Made by a program: the position numbers and the translations under genes. Positions 10,069 to 18,872 of a stretch of DNA of 64,000 nt are shown here, piece after piece. The stretch lies in assembly GCA_965242525.1 (NCBI GenBank), contig OZ251459.1:1472001-1536000 (forward strand), given 5' to 3'. This stretch comes from an uncultured Candidatus Binatia bacterium. GTDB taxonomy: Bacteria; Desulfobacterota; Binatia; UBA9968; JAJDTQ01. The notes beneath the pieces were generated by a model. That model was not told where the DNA came from. It did no database searches and worked only from the letters and a program-made list of their open reading frames with translations. Numbering within the stretch: position 1 is the first letter of the stretch; each line of letters begins with the position of its first letter.

Positions 10069-11333
10069 CCGAGCACTCCTGCCGCAAAGAAGACGCTCAG
10101 GTTCGGGGAACCCTGCCAGTCCTTCAGGCCGGGATGCGACCGAGCCGGAACCACGTCCGTCGCTCCGTCAGCGTCCTTTCCGAAGCACAGGACGTGCTCC
10201 AGGTCCACGCGGCTCAGGAAGACCGGGGAGTGGGTCGCCAGAAGCACCTGGGATTCGTACACGGAGCACAAGGCGTCGTAAACGTCCTCCATGACCCCCG
10301 GATGCAGTCCGTTTTCCGGCTCTTCCATGAGATAGACTTTCCCGGGGTCCCGGAGATAGGCCGGCAAGGTCAACGCCAGCAGCCGCAGCGTTCCGTCCGA
10401 GAGCATCCACGAAGGGACCTCCACCCCCGACTCGTAGCGGAGCATCAGGTAGCAGTGGCGGTCGTCTTCGCGTTCCACCACTCGGATGTCCCCGATTTCG
10501 GGCAGCGCGGCGCGGACGTGGCGCAACCAGTCGTCGAACGCGGCGCCGTGTTCTTTTCGGAGTCGTCGGATCACCCGTGGAAGGTTGGAGCCGTCCGGAG
10601 AAAAGACCTCCCGCCGCCTCTCCGGAGGGTTGGACTGGCGCATTCGGGAGCTGTCCAGGAAGAGTCTCTGCATCCCCGTATCCAGTAGCCGTTTCAGGTA
10701 AGTGGAGACCGGGAAATTATCGGGGGACTCGGGCAGGTTGCCCAGGGTCGATCTTCCGGGGCCGAACGAGACATTGATCGTCCATCCTTTCCCCGCTCGT
10801 TCGGATACCTCGCTGTGGAAGCTGTCCCCTCCTCCGCGGGATTTGCTCAGTATCGTTCTCGAACCCGGGGGTCCGCCGCCGATCAAGATGGTTTCCGGCG
10901 CCGCGGGAGGACCCGGGAAAAGTACGCCTTGCCGCATGGGAGACTGCTTCTTGCGAGGCATCAGGAGGCCCCTTTCGGAGTCGATGCGTATTCCGTCCTT
11001 CCCCTCCCGGATCGCTATCTCGTAACGGAACGACTCGAACGGCTTGTCCCGAGCCAGTTTCTCCTTCACCTCCACGGGGATGTCGAACTCCAGCGCCAAC
11101 TCGAAGCCGAGGCCTTGCCCGGGTCGGTCCCATACCAGGTCCTGGAAATTCCGCGTGCGCTTTTCCACCGCTGCTTCCAGACCCGCGGACACCACGTCCC
11201 CCATGAACTGCACGACGTCCAGCAGCGTGCTCTTGCCGCTGGCGTTGGGGCCTACCAACACGTGGAAGCGGTCGAGGCGCACGTCCACGTAGCGAAGACA
11301 ACGGTAATGGAGCGCCTGGATGCGGCGGATCAT
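10065..11333 (-). CDS. ABC-type/AAA_21 ATPase, MAD3-like
   Basis: Walker A GPNASGKST, signature LSDGTLR, Walker B LMEEPENGLHP, H-loop ATHSP. Confidence 0.88.
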   Translation of the reverse strand: MIRRIQALHYRCLRYVDVRLDRFHVLVGPNASGKSTLLDVVQFMGDVVSAGLEAAVEKRTRNFQDLVWDRPGQGLGFELALEFDIPVEVKEKLARDKPFESFRYEIAIREGKDGIRIDSERGLLMPRKKQSPMRQGVLFPGPPAAPETILIGGGPPGSRTILSKSRGGGDSFHSEVSERAGKGWTINVSFGPGRSTLGNLPESPDNFPVSTYLKRLLDTGMQRLFLDSSRMRQSNPPERRREVFSPDGSNLPRVIRRLRKEHGAAFDDWLRHVRAALPEIGDIRVVEREDDRHCYLMLRYESGVEVPSWMLSDGTLRLLALTLPAYLRDPGKVYLMEEPENGLHPGVMEDVYDALCSVYESQVLLATHSPVFLSRVDLEHVLCFGKDADGATDVVPARSHPGLKDWQGSPNLSVFFAAGVLG

Positions 11334-11342
11334 GGGACGAAC

Positions 11343-14300
11343 TTACAACAAAGCACTCTGGCGCGGAACCTGCGCGCCGCCGCGGGTGCGGACGTGGTTC
11401 TGGATGGACTCCAGGAGCGAGCGCTCTTCCGTGCCGGTCTCGGCCAGTTCGATGAGGGCCTGCACCACCCGGGCGAACAGGTCGTGGCGCCACAGGCCCT
11501 GGGACTCCAGGTAGCCGTCCACGCGGCTCTGCTCGCCGGTCTTCCAGAGCTGCATCAGCTTGTGCACACGGTCGATGAGCGGAGCCGGGCCGCCCCCCGC
11601 GGACGGTTCGCCCAGGTCCCGGGCGCCCCGGCGGCGCCACTCTTTGAGCCGGGCCTCGCTCCCGGAGACCTCCCGCCCCTCCTCCCCTTCCCCGTCTTCC
11701 GCGGACCCATCGCGCCCGCCGCGCGCCAGCAGGTCCAGCCGCCCGGTCAAGTCCGCATCCGACAGGTTGCACGACAGGGCGTAGAGGATGCACGCCCCGG
11801 CCGGGGCCGCGCCGAGGCCGAAGTCGTTGCGGTGCAGCAGGTAGTAGGTGGTGAGGTCGTCCAGGTCGTCGTTCGCGCCGCCCTCGCCTTGCAGCAGCCG
11901 GCTCACCACGAACCCCACCACCATGCGCCGCACCTGTCGCAGGAACTCGGCCACCGACAACCGCTCCCCCTCCCGGTCCGCCTTCCGCACCACCGGATGC
12001 CGGCTGAACGCCTCCAGCGCCGGCCCGGTGGCCGCCCACACGAAGTCCGGCCCCCGTATCCCCGCGTCCCAGAAGTCCCGCAGCCGCTCGACGATGTTCT
12101 CCTGCATCTCCGACAGCACCCTGCCGTCCCAACCCGGACGCGCCGCGGCCGGACGCTTCTTGCACACGAGCCAGATGGAGGAAGAAAGCGCCGCGGAAGA
12201 CAGCGAACGCTGGCGGGTCTGCATCTCGGTCTGGATGGGCCAGGAGCCGTCCACCACGAAGCCCGCCCGGATGAGCGCCGACACCAGGGTCTCCCAGGCG
12301 TCCGGCTGCTTGTTGGCGAAGACCAGCACCAGCCGCCCGTCCTCCCGCAAGGCGTGGTGGAAGCGCGCGAAGGCCCGGGCCATCCCGTCCTCGTAGTTCC
12401 GCTTGGACGCCTGCCGGTCGCCGCCGAAGCGGCTGGCGTCGTCGATCAACTCGCCGTCGCCCGCGTCCGCGTCCCATTTCGGGCCGAGCGGCTCGGCGAA
12501 CGCGGCGTCGGTTTCCGGCGACAGCCCGTGCAACGCCCGGCGCAGCCAGACATGGAAGAAGTCCATCAGGTCGGAATACGGGATCGCGTCGTAATAGGGC
12601 GGGTCGGTGCAGATCAGGTCGAAGCCGCCGGGCTCCAACTCCATGAACCCCTGAACGATCCGGACAGGGGGCATGAGCGCGTCCTTCGACTTCGCTTCGC
12701 TACACTCAGGACGAACGGGGGACTCCGCTTCGCTACGCTCAGGACGAACGGAGACAGGGGCGTCAGGATGAGGGAATCGGGAATCCATCCCGGAGGTCTC
12801 GATTGTCATCTGCCGGCGGAGCGCCGGGTCCTTGTCGCCCTCGCGGAATCGGGAATCCGTCCCGGATGTCTCGATTGCCATGGCCGATTGCCGCAGCACG
12901 GTCGGTGCGGGCGCCTCCGCCGTAGCAGTCTGGAGGTGCTCGACTACGCGAGCGATCCACTCCACGGCCTGGATGAAGCCGCCGCTGGTGTCCTCCAGCG
13001 GACACGACTCGGCGAAGTCCCACACCATGGGCAAGGCGAAACGGGCGAAGGTGCTGCGAGTGTTCTCACGATCGTTGGTCCACGTAGCGAGCGCGCTGCC
13101 GCGGTCGGCCAGTCGGCTGATGGTCGGCGCCAAGTACGCAACCAGCGCCTCGCGCCATTCCTCCGGGTAGCCACCGACAGGCTCCGCGCCGGGAAACCCT
13201 GAACCATCAGCCGTGGATGGAGATATTCCCTCACCTGACCCTCCCATCCCCGTTCGTCCTGAGCGTAGCGAAGCGAAGTCGAAGGACGCGCCCATCAGTT
13301 CCGCGTTGCGGCGGATCTCCCGGACGAACGTTCCCAACGCAAGGAGTTGCCGGTTGGTGAAGAGCTTGCGCCAGGAGTCGAGACCGTAGCGCGGTATTCG
13401 CATGCCCAAGCTCTGCTCGCCGGGCGTAGGTTCGTCAGGCAGACCAAAGGGAATCTCCCTGTAGAGCGCATCGAGTTCCTGCTCCGTTACGCGCGCTGCT
13501 TCGACCTCAGCCTCGGTGGGCAATCGGTATTCCTTCCCCTCCTGCCCGTCCACCACCACCGCGGTCATGCGCTCTCCGAGGCGGCCCATGCGACCCTCGG
13601 TGCGGATGTCCCGCATGGGGACGATGGCCCCGCAGCACGGACACTTGGCGCCGCTCCCGCTCATGGTGCCGGCCCCGAGACCCCGGTCGTGCTCGCGCTT
13701 CTGCGCAGAGCTGCCGCTGCCCGCCGCGGCGTTGCCCTCAATGCCGAACACGACGCCGGCCCCGTCCTCCCGCGGCTCCATGGTGAGCCGCACCCGCTTC
13801 TTCGCGGTCTTGCACAGCCATCGCGTCTTCAGCAGAGGCACCTCCGCCCGACAGCCGCCGCACCGCACCGTGCGCGCCCAGAGATACGCCACCGCAGGCT
13901 TCGCCACCCACCGCGGGTTGGCCTCGTTTTCGAGATAGAGCGAGTCGAACTCCGCGTTGAGCGAAGCCGCGGACGCCCGCCCGTCTTCGTCCGGTTCCAG
14001 CAGCCTCGGCTGCCGGGGCCGGTAGCGCGCCGCCCGCGACAACCGGGTCCGCCCGCCCCCCTTGCGCCGGACCGGCTCGAACTCCGCATACGTGGGATAA
14101 CGCCGCGCCAACTCCCGCCGCGCCCCGGACAGCACCCGCCTTCCCCACGCCCGCAGATGCCACGCGAAACCCGCGCGCGCCTCCGGCGCCGCCGCGTCCA
14201 GCCAGGGCGCCGGCGCCTGCACCCCCTCCCCGTCCTCGTGCCCGTACCGCGCCATGGCCTCGCGCACCATGGCCGCGGTCGTCACCCCCTGCGCCTTGAG

Positions 14301-14858
14301 GAACGCCGCCGCGAACTCCCGGTCCTCCAACGCCCACTCGGGCAACTCCCGTGTCTTCCCCGCCAGCAGCCGCGGATAATGCAGCGTGCAGCGCAGGAGG
14401 AACCACGCCACCGGGTTGATGTCCGCAGCCACGGCCTCGCACCCGAGCCGCATGGCCTCCAGCGGAATCGCCCCGCCTCCGGCAAACGGGTCCAGCACCC
14501 GCGGCGCCCGCCCGCCGAACGCCTCCCGGACCTCCTCCCGGAACCGCGCCACCTCCGGGCCTCCCTCCCGCCCCCACCGAAAGATCCCGCCCCGGGTCTC
14601 CGCCCGCTCCCCCGTAGCGCCCCGCGTCTCCACCACCTGCCCGGCCATCCGCTCCAACACCTTGCGGCGGGCCTCCCGTCCGTCCGGCGCCGGCAACAAC
14701 GTCGCCAGCAACGCCGCCCGACTCGCCGCCAACGGCCGCCGCGCCGGCCAGATGTGCAGCGTGGAAACGTGCCCGTGCCGCACGTTCTTCTCGTGCACGG
14801 AGTCCAGGGACACCTGCCTGAGAGGGAAGGCGGATTCGATGAGACGGCGGTGCGTCAA
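11343..14858 (-). CDS. DUF1156 adenine-specific DNA methyltransferase carrying two in-frame MITE insertions
   Basis: LHIWPARRPLAASRA, motif I VLDPFAGGGAIPLEA, CxxC pairs, motif IV TDPPYYD; TTG start. Confidence 0.9.
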   Translation of the reverse strand: MTHRRLIESAFPLRQVSLDSVHEKNVRHGHVSTLHIWPARRPLAASRAALLATLLPAPDGREARRKVLERMAGQVVETRGATGERAETRGGIFRWGREGGPEVARFREEVREAFGGRAPRVLDPFAGGGAIPLEAMRLGCEAVAADINPVAWFLLRCTLHYPRLLAGKTRELPEWALEDREFAAAFLKAQGVTTAAMVREAMARYGHEDGEGVQAPAPWLDAAAPEARAGFAWHLRAWGRRVLSGARRELARRYPTYAEFEPVRRKGGGRTRLSRAARYRPRQPRLLEPDEDGRASAASLNAEFDSLYLENEANPRWVAKPAVAYLWARTVRCGGCRAEVPLLKTRWLCKTAKKRVRLTMEPREDGAGVVFGIEGNAAAGSGSSAQKREHDRGLGAGTMSGSGAKCPCCGAIVPMRDIRTEGRMGRLGERMTAVVVDGQEGKEYRLPTEAEVEAARVTEQELDALYREIPFGLPDEPTPGEQSLGMRIPRYGLDSWRKLFTNRQLLALGTFVREIRRNAELMGASFDFASLRSGRTGMGGSGEGISPSTADGSGFPGAEPVGGYPEEWREALVAYLAPTISRLADRGSALATWTNDRENTRSTFARFALPMVWDFAESCPLEDTSGGFIQAVEWIARVVEHLQTATAEAPAPTVLRQSAMAIETSGTDSRFREGDKDPALRRQMTIETSGMDSRFPHPDAPVSVRPERSEAESPVRPECSEAKSKDALMPPVRIVQGFMELEPGGFDLICTDPPYYDAIPYSDLMDFFHVWLRRALHGLSPETDAAFAEPLGPKWDADAGDGELIDDASRFGGDRQASKRNYEDGMARAFARFHHALREDGRLVLVFANKQPDAWETLVSALIRAGFVVDGSWPIQTEMQTRQRSLSSAALSSSIWLVCKKRPAAARPGWDGRVLSEMQENIVERLRDFWDAGIRGPDFVWAATGPALEAFSRHPVVRKADREGERLSVAEFLRQVRRMVVGFVVSRLLQGEGGANDDLDDLTTYYLLHRNDFGLGAAPAGACILYALSCNLSDADLTGRLDLLARGGRDGSAEDGEGEEGREVSGSEARLKEWRRRGARDLGEPSAGGGPAPLIDRVHKLMQLWKTGEQSRVDGYLESQGLWRHDLFARVVQALIELAETGTEERSLLESIQNHVRTRGGAQVPRQSALL
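12646..12882 (+). mobile_element. MITE family A derivative inserted in frame (79 codons) in the methyltransferase
   Basis: GAACCCCTGAACGAT terminus, REP core 12677-12720 plus partial core 12726-12752; CCATG at 12641-12645 and 12878-12882, 237 bp apart. Confidence 0.8.
13191..13292 (-). mobile_element. MITE family A copy inserted in frame (34 codons) in the methyltransferase
   Basis: GGAAACCCTGAACCA terminus at 13192 and REP core 13248-13291; translates as SFDFASLRSGRTG within the enzyme. Confidence 0.8.
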
Positions 14859-14947
14859 TTTCCTGCTCGGATGAGATCAAAAAAGAAAGGAATGCGACCT
14901 GATTTCGAGTGTCCACACCTTTCAATGCAACATGATCTAGTCACTGT

Positions 14948-15249
14948 CAATAGTGTCCGGTTAAGGATGGAATAAAATCAGAAACTGCTCGGCGCAACTC
15001 AGTGTGCGGACGCGGTGGTCGCCACGGTAACGCGAGACCAGTCGGGCAAAGGTGGTCCAGGGCAGAAAGTCCATCAGTTGAGCGAACAGCGTCTTGCCAT
15101 GATACATGGGATCCTCCAGGGCTTGGACTCCCCAAAGCATGCCCGAAACGGCAATCCGCGTTCAAATCCACACCACCCTTTTCCGCCTGTAACTCCCTGT
15201 CATATATGAAGATTTTCGACCCTACGCGCTCGTTAACCGGACAGCAGTG
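14948..15249 (-). mobile_element. Non-autonomous IS4-family deletion derivative (302 bp)
   Basis: TIRs CAATAGTGTCCGGTTAA / CACTGCTGTCCGGTTAA (14/17), perfect 9-bp flanking duplication AGTCACTGT at 14939-14947 and 15250-15258, internal truncated transposase N-terminus. Confidence 0.88.
14961..15107 (-). pseudogene. Truncated IS4 transposase N-terminus (DUF4372-like), 48 aa
   Basis: GGAGG RBS then MYHGKTLFAQLMDFLPWTTFARLVSRYRGDHRVRTLSCAEQF, joined directly to the right IS end. Confidence 0.82.
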
Positions 15250-15820
15250 AGTCACTGTCTTCTTTTATTCGCCGCGGCTTCCGCCAAGAAGAGAATAGCA
15301 GCCGCCGTCATATGCAACACATAACCAACGATATACCCTGGAACGGTCCGTGGAGCCGAGCCCTGTCCGTGGCCGCCAAGCTTGTTTCTTCCGGTAGGTA
15401 CGCTGCTCTCAAGGAGGCTTTTCAGTGATTGAAAATTCTGCTGCCAGAAAGACGGAATTAGCCCGTTGTCGAGACAAATACCGATCAGCTTGCTTGCGCC
15501 GGCTCCATCATCGTAAAGCCAGCCCTTTTTGTCGCAGATCGACTTCATCACGCTCTCGAATGCCTTCAAACATTCATTAAGAGCCTCTTCTGCATTTCCC
15601 TGCCGGTAATGCTTATGGGCACGAAGGAACTCCTGTTGTGCTCCGGCATATTTTTTTCGACAAAGCAGAGTTAGTGCAGGTTTGACGACTTCTGCATGGA
15701 TTAACTGGGAGTCCATACGGATGATTTCACCGTTGACAAAAGAGTAACCGATGCCGTGTTCCCTGAATCTGTGGTTGAGTTCTTCTATCGCTTGATCTGT
15801 GACATCTGATAACTTATTAA

Positions 15821-16916
15821 GGTTCTCAGAATAGAAACCATTACAAGTTCGTATAACAAGTAGTGGGAGCATGGAAGAAGCTCCGTATCAAAGCAGGCAG
15901 TTGTTGCATCCGACGCAGGTGAGACATGGTCATGGCTCGCAAGGTTTCCCGGGATGTGATCCGCTTGCGCCCCAACGCCTGGTTCTTCAAGTTGTTCCAC
16001 ACCAGTTCGTCCGGGTTGAGTTCCGGCGAGTACGGCGGCAGGTAATGCAACTCGAGCATCCCTTCCTGTTCCTCCACGAAACGCCGCACCGACTTGGCCC
16101 GATGGACCGGGTGGCCGTCCACAATCAGGAAAATGGGAGAGGTCGCATTCACCATCAGGCGTCTGAGAAACCCGATGAACACCGGCGCCGTCACTCGCCC
16201 CGGAGTCACCATGAAGCGAAGATGCCCACGGGCGCTGATGGCAGAGATGAGGTTCGCCCCGAACCGCGCCCCCGTGCCCGACACCACCGGAGTATGCCCC
16301 CGAAGCCCCCAGGTCGTGCCCCAATGACTGTCCGAACGAACCCCCGCCTCGTCTCCGAAGAAGATCTGCGCCCCCACACGCTTCGCCCGGTCATGCAGCT
16401 TCGGGTATTCCTCCTCCCGCCAATGACGGGCCGCCTCCGGATCCTGTTGATAGGCACGCCAAACAGGACGCTGCACGCTCAATCCCATCTGCCCCAGCAA
16501 CCGGCACACCGTACTGTGACTCAGCCGCACACCCCATCGCCTGTCGATCAGCTCCTGCACCATCTTCGCCGTCCACAGCGCAAACGGAAACCGCAACTGC
16601 AACGGGTTCTTCTCCACCACCGTGTCATAAACCCATTTCAGCGCCCTCGCATCCAGCTTCGGAGGCCGCCCTCCTCGCTTGCGGGCGTCCAGCTTCCCCC
16701 ATCCCCCGCTGCGGTACAACGCCAACCAACGGAACACCGTGCGCAGGTTCACTCCCATGGCCGCCGCCACTTCTGTCGGCTTCGACCCCGCTTGCAGGCT
16801 CGCAATCCCGCGCCGGCGCAATTCCGTCAAGGTCCGATGATCCAGTTTTCGTCCGTCCGTGTTCATACCCGTTATCATACTATACTTCTGGTTCTATGGC
16901 AACTAAAATCGGACCC
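15821..16916 (-). mobile_element. IS630-family insertion sequence
   Basis: Flanked by TTAA at 15817-15820 and 16917-16920; weak imperfect terminal IR; single transposase ORF. Confidence 0.9.
15841..16878 (-). CDS. IS630 family transposase
   Basis: HTH N-terminus, FGDEAG, LIVDGHPVH and LPPYSPELNPDELVW DDE motifs. Confidence 0.95.
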   Translation of the reverse strand: MITGMNTDGRKLDHRTLTELRRRGIASLQAGSKPTEVAAAMGVNLRTVFRWLALYRSGGWGKLDARKRGGRPPKLDARALKWVYDTVVEKNPLQLRFPFALWTAKMVQELIDRRWGVRLSHSTVCRLLGQMGLSVQRPVWRAYQQDPEAARHWREEEYPKLHDRAKRVGAQIFFGDEAGVRSDSHWGTTWGLRGHTPVVSGTGARFGANLISAISARGHLRFMVTPGRVTAPVFIGFLRRLMVNATSPIFLIVDGHPVHRAKSVRRFVEEQEGMLELHYLPPYSPELNPDELVWNNLKNQALGRKRITSRETLRAMTMSHLRRMQQLPALIRSFFHAPTTCYTNL

Positions 16917-17237
16917 TTAATAAAAGATAGTTCAACTGCATCAAGGACTTTTTCCGTATCTGATTCTTGTATCAGATAGTTGAAAAGGTCTGTGACTTTA
17001 TTTTTATCGTAGTCCATTCCTGGATAATTAACCGGAAGACGAAGAATGCCGTACTCTCGACACAATGTATCAACAACGAACTCATATGTTTGCGTAGCAT
17101 GGTTTGCGTAAGGATATTTATCAAGTGGATCCCTCAAAATATGTACTATCTGAACTCTAAGCGGTTCCGGAATAGAATCATAGGAATAAACATCAGGCAC
17201 TTCACCTCGAAGTTTCTTCTGTCGTTTGGAAAAAAGG

Positions 17238-17477
17238 TCAAATATCGGCATCGCCCCTGACTCCCTTCCGTCCCTTTGGTTGCCCTGGTCTTTGCGAAAG
17301 CCACTCCGGACCCGGCTTCTCCCAGACCATCTTTCCGTTCTCGAACACGACCACCCTTCCACCGACCGCCGCGGCCTCACGGCGCGCACGTTCTCCTGCT
17401 CTCCGCAGCGCTGCCTCAACGCTCGTGAAGTCCGGGTCACCGAGCCGCTCAGGCGGTATCTCTTCATGGGTACTCAT
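17238..17477 (-). CDS. Small putative antitoxin partner of zeta-like ATPase
   Basis: 79 aa, AALRRA..AR..VVVFENGK pattern typical of genes after zeta-like ATPases; 4-bp overlap. Confidence 0.6.
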   Translation of the reverse strand: MSTHEEIPPERLGDPDFTSVEAALRRAGERARREAAAVGGRVVVFENGKMVWEKPGPEWLSQRPGQPKGRKGVRGDADI

Positions 17478-18007
17478 CGTCTTCGACTCCCTTCAGCCAA
17501 CAGTATCGGGACGCGCCCTGAATTGTCATAGACCTTCCAGTCATCTACCAAGTCACGATACACGTTCTCGAAATTGAGCCACCCTTTGGAAAAACGCCGT
17601 ACAACCACGGATTCCGGTATGTCGTGCCCACCATGCAAAACCCGCTCTGCAACCCGGGAGATTGCCATGTCAGGCGTCGGCAACCGCAAGAAAACGACCC
17701 GTACCCGATACCCCTGATCCCGCCATCGGGGAATCAGCCTGGCGTAACCGCGTCCGCTCAACGTCGTTTCAAAGGCGAAGCTGTCTCCCCTTCTCGCGTG
17801 TTCGCGGATCTCCGCCAGCATCAGCCTGCCAGCCCGAACCATGACCGACTCCGGACGAAACGGGCTCAACCCCGCGGCGATGAGGTCCGCGTTGACGAAG
17901 ATCGGGCAGTCCGCCTCGTTCGGGAGATACTCCATGGCAAAGGTCGTCTTCCCCGCCCCGTTCGGGCCAGCGATGATCAGGATCTTCCTGGAGTCCGTTC
18001 CCGCCAT
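17474..18007 (-). CDS. Zeta-toxin family P-loop ATPase/kinase
   Basis: IIAGPNGAGKTT, FVNADLIA, FAFETTLSG, RV..GGHDIP and YDNS motifs. Confidence 0.88.
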   Translation of the reverse strand: MAGTDSRKILIIAGPNGAGKTTFAMEYLPNEADCPIFVNADLIAAGLSPFRPESVMVRAGRLMLAEIREHARRGDSFAFETTLSGRGYARLIPRWRDQGYRVRVVFLRLPTPDMAISRVAERVLHGGHDIPESVVVRRFSKGWLNFENVYRDLVDDWKVYDNSGRVPILLAEGSRRR

Positions 18008-18068
18008 CAAGCCCCCCCTCAATATACCCCATCAGACCCGCCGCTTCGACCAGGAAGCACACGGGGAC

Positions 18069-18872
18069 CTACCCATCCTCGTACCGCGCCGCGTAGATCG
18101 TGAGCTTGGTCGCTTCCCCGACCTGCTCCAGGTCCGGCCGGCGGCCCGACAATTTCAGGCTGTCCCGCACCAGGTTCAGGAATCCCTCGCCCCGCGCTTC
18201 CATGAAGCTGCCGCCGGTGACCGTGCTCTTGTAGTCTCGCATGAAACCGGCCAGGAGTTGGTTGCGGCGGACGGGTTGGCAGCCGGCGTAAAGGTTCTCC
18301 ACGGTCAACGTGTTGTAGAGCGCGCCGGGGTTCTGGAACTCGATGCGGCCCGGAAACACGCGGATGAGGACCTGCGAGCCTCGAACCTCGTAGTCCCGGT
18401 GGACCACAGCGTTGACCACGGCCTCCTGGAGCGCCCGGTTGGCGTAGCTCGGATAGTCGTGGCGGCCGTCGTCCTCCTTCCTGGACACCGTCGGCGTCAG
18501 AGGCGACAGCATCAGGTACTTGGTCGCCTGCCTGATCTGTTCCGGCACAGGCCCGGTGATGCGTTCGCTGTCCGCGGAGTTGCCGTCCGGCGCGTCATGT
18601 CTGTAGGAAGCCATGTCGATGAAGGTGCCCGGGACGTACTGCTCGGGCTGATCGGCGAAGAGGAGGATTCCCAAGTGCGTCGGCGTCGGGCCGGAGTCGG
18701 TGACCGCGGCGAGCTTGTGAGCCGTCAGGACCGGGAGCCAATCGTCAGGCGGCGACCACTCCGGGAAACGGGCGCGGAAGTAGTGCTCCAGCCGGTCCCT
18801 TTTCAGGTCATCCAAGCCGCTGCCTATCACAGGCCGCTCCTCCAGCGGACCGAGCGGAGAACCCGGGATCAT
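18069..18872 (-). CDS. HATPase_c_4 / RecG-C-like ATP-binding protein lacking the usual N-terminal AlbA_2 domain
   Basis: GILLF, ALQEAVVNAVVHRDY, IEFQNPG, RNQLLA and MEARGEG motifs. Confidence 0.78.
   Translation of the reverse strand: MIPGSPLGPLEERPVIGSGLDDLKRDRLEHYFRARFPEWSPPDDWLPVLTAHKLAAVTDSGPTPTHLGILLFADQPEQYVPGTFIDMASYRHDAPDGNSADSERITGPVPEQIRQATKYLMLSPLTPTVSRKEDDGRHDYPSYANRALQEAVVNAVVHRDYEVRGSQVLIRVFPGRIEFQNPGALYNTLTVENLYAGCQPVRRNQLLAGFMRDYKSTVTGGSFMEARGEGFLNLVRDSLKLSGRRPDLEQVGEATKLTIYAARYEDG

Larger units (their letters stand above)
15252..17251 (-). pseudogene. Abortive-infection-type protein (STM4504/CBY_0614-like, Abi-C C-terminus) split by IS630
   Basis: 5' half MPIFDLFSKRQK..PLRVQIVHI; 3' half EELNHRFREHGIGY..KAFESVMK..GRNKLGGHGQG (RxxxxH-like). 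Removing the IS rejoins ..LSFINKLSD.. in frame. AT-rich. Confidence 0.8.

Noticed and set aside
12641-13292. Inteins in the methyltransferase
   Set aside because: The inserts lack intein C/S..HN termini, are too short, and match the dispersed DNA repeat.
6098-14858. Assignment as BREX, DISARM or complete MADS
   Set aside because: No PglZ, BrxC, DrmA/B, specificity subunit or kinase-nuclease gene recognised; only the DUF499/DUF1156/SNF2 core and a Mad3/Mad4-like pair.
14947-15255. 102-aa ORF from the track as a real gene
   Set aside because: It coincides with the mini-IS4; the meaningful frame is the truncated transposase at 14961-15107.
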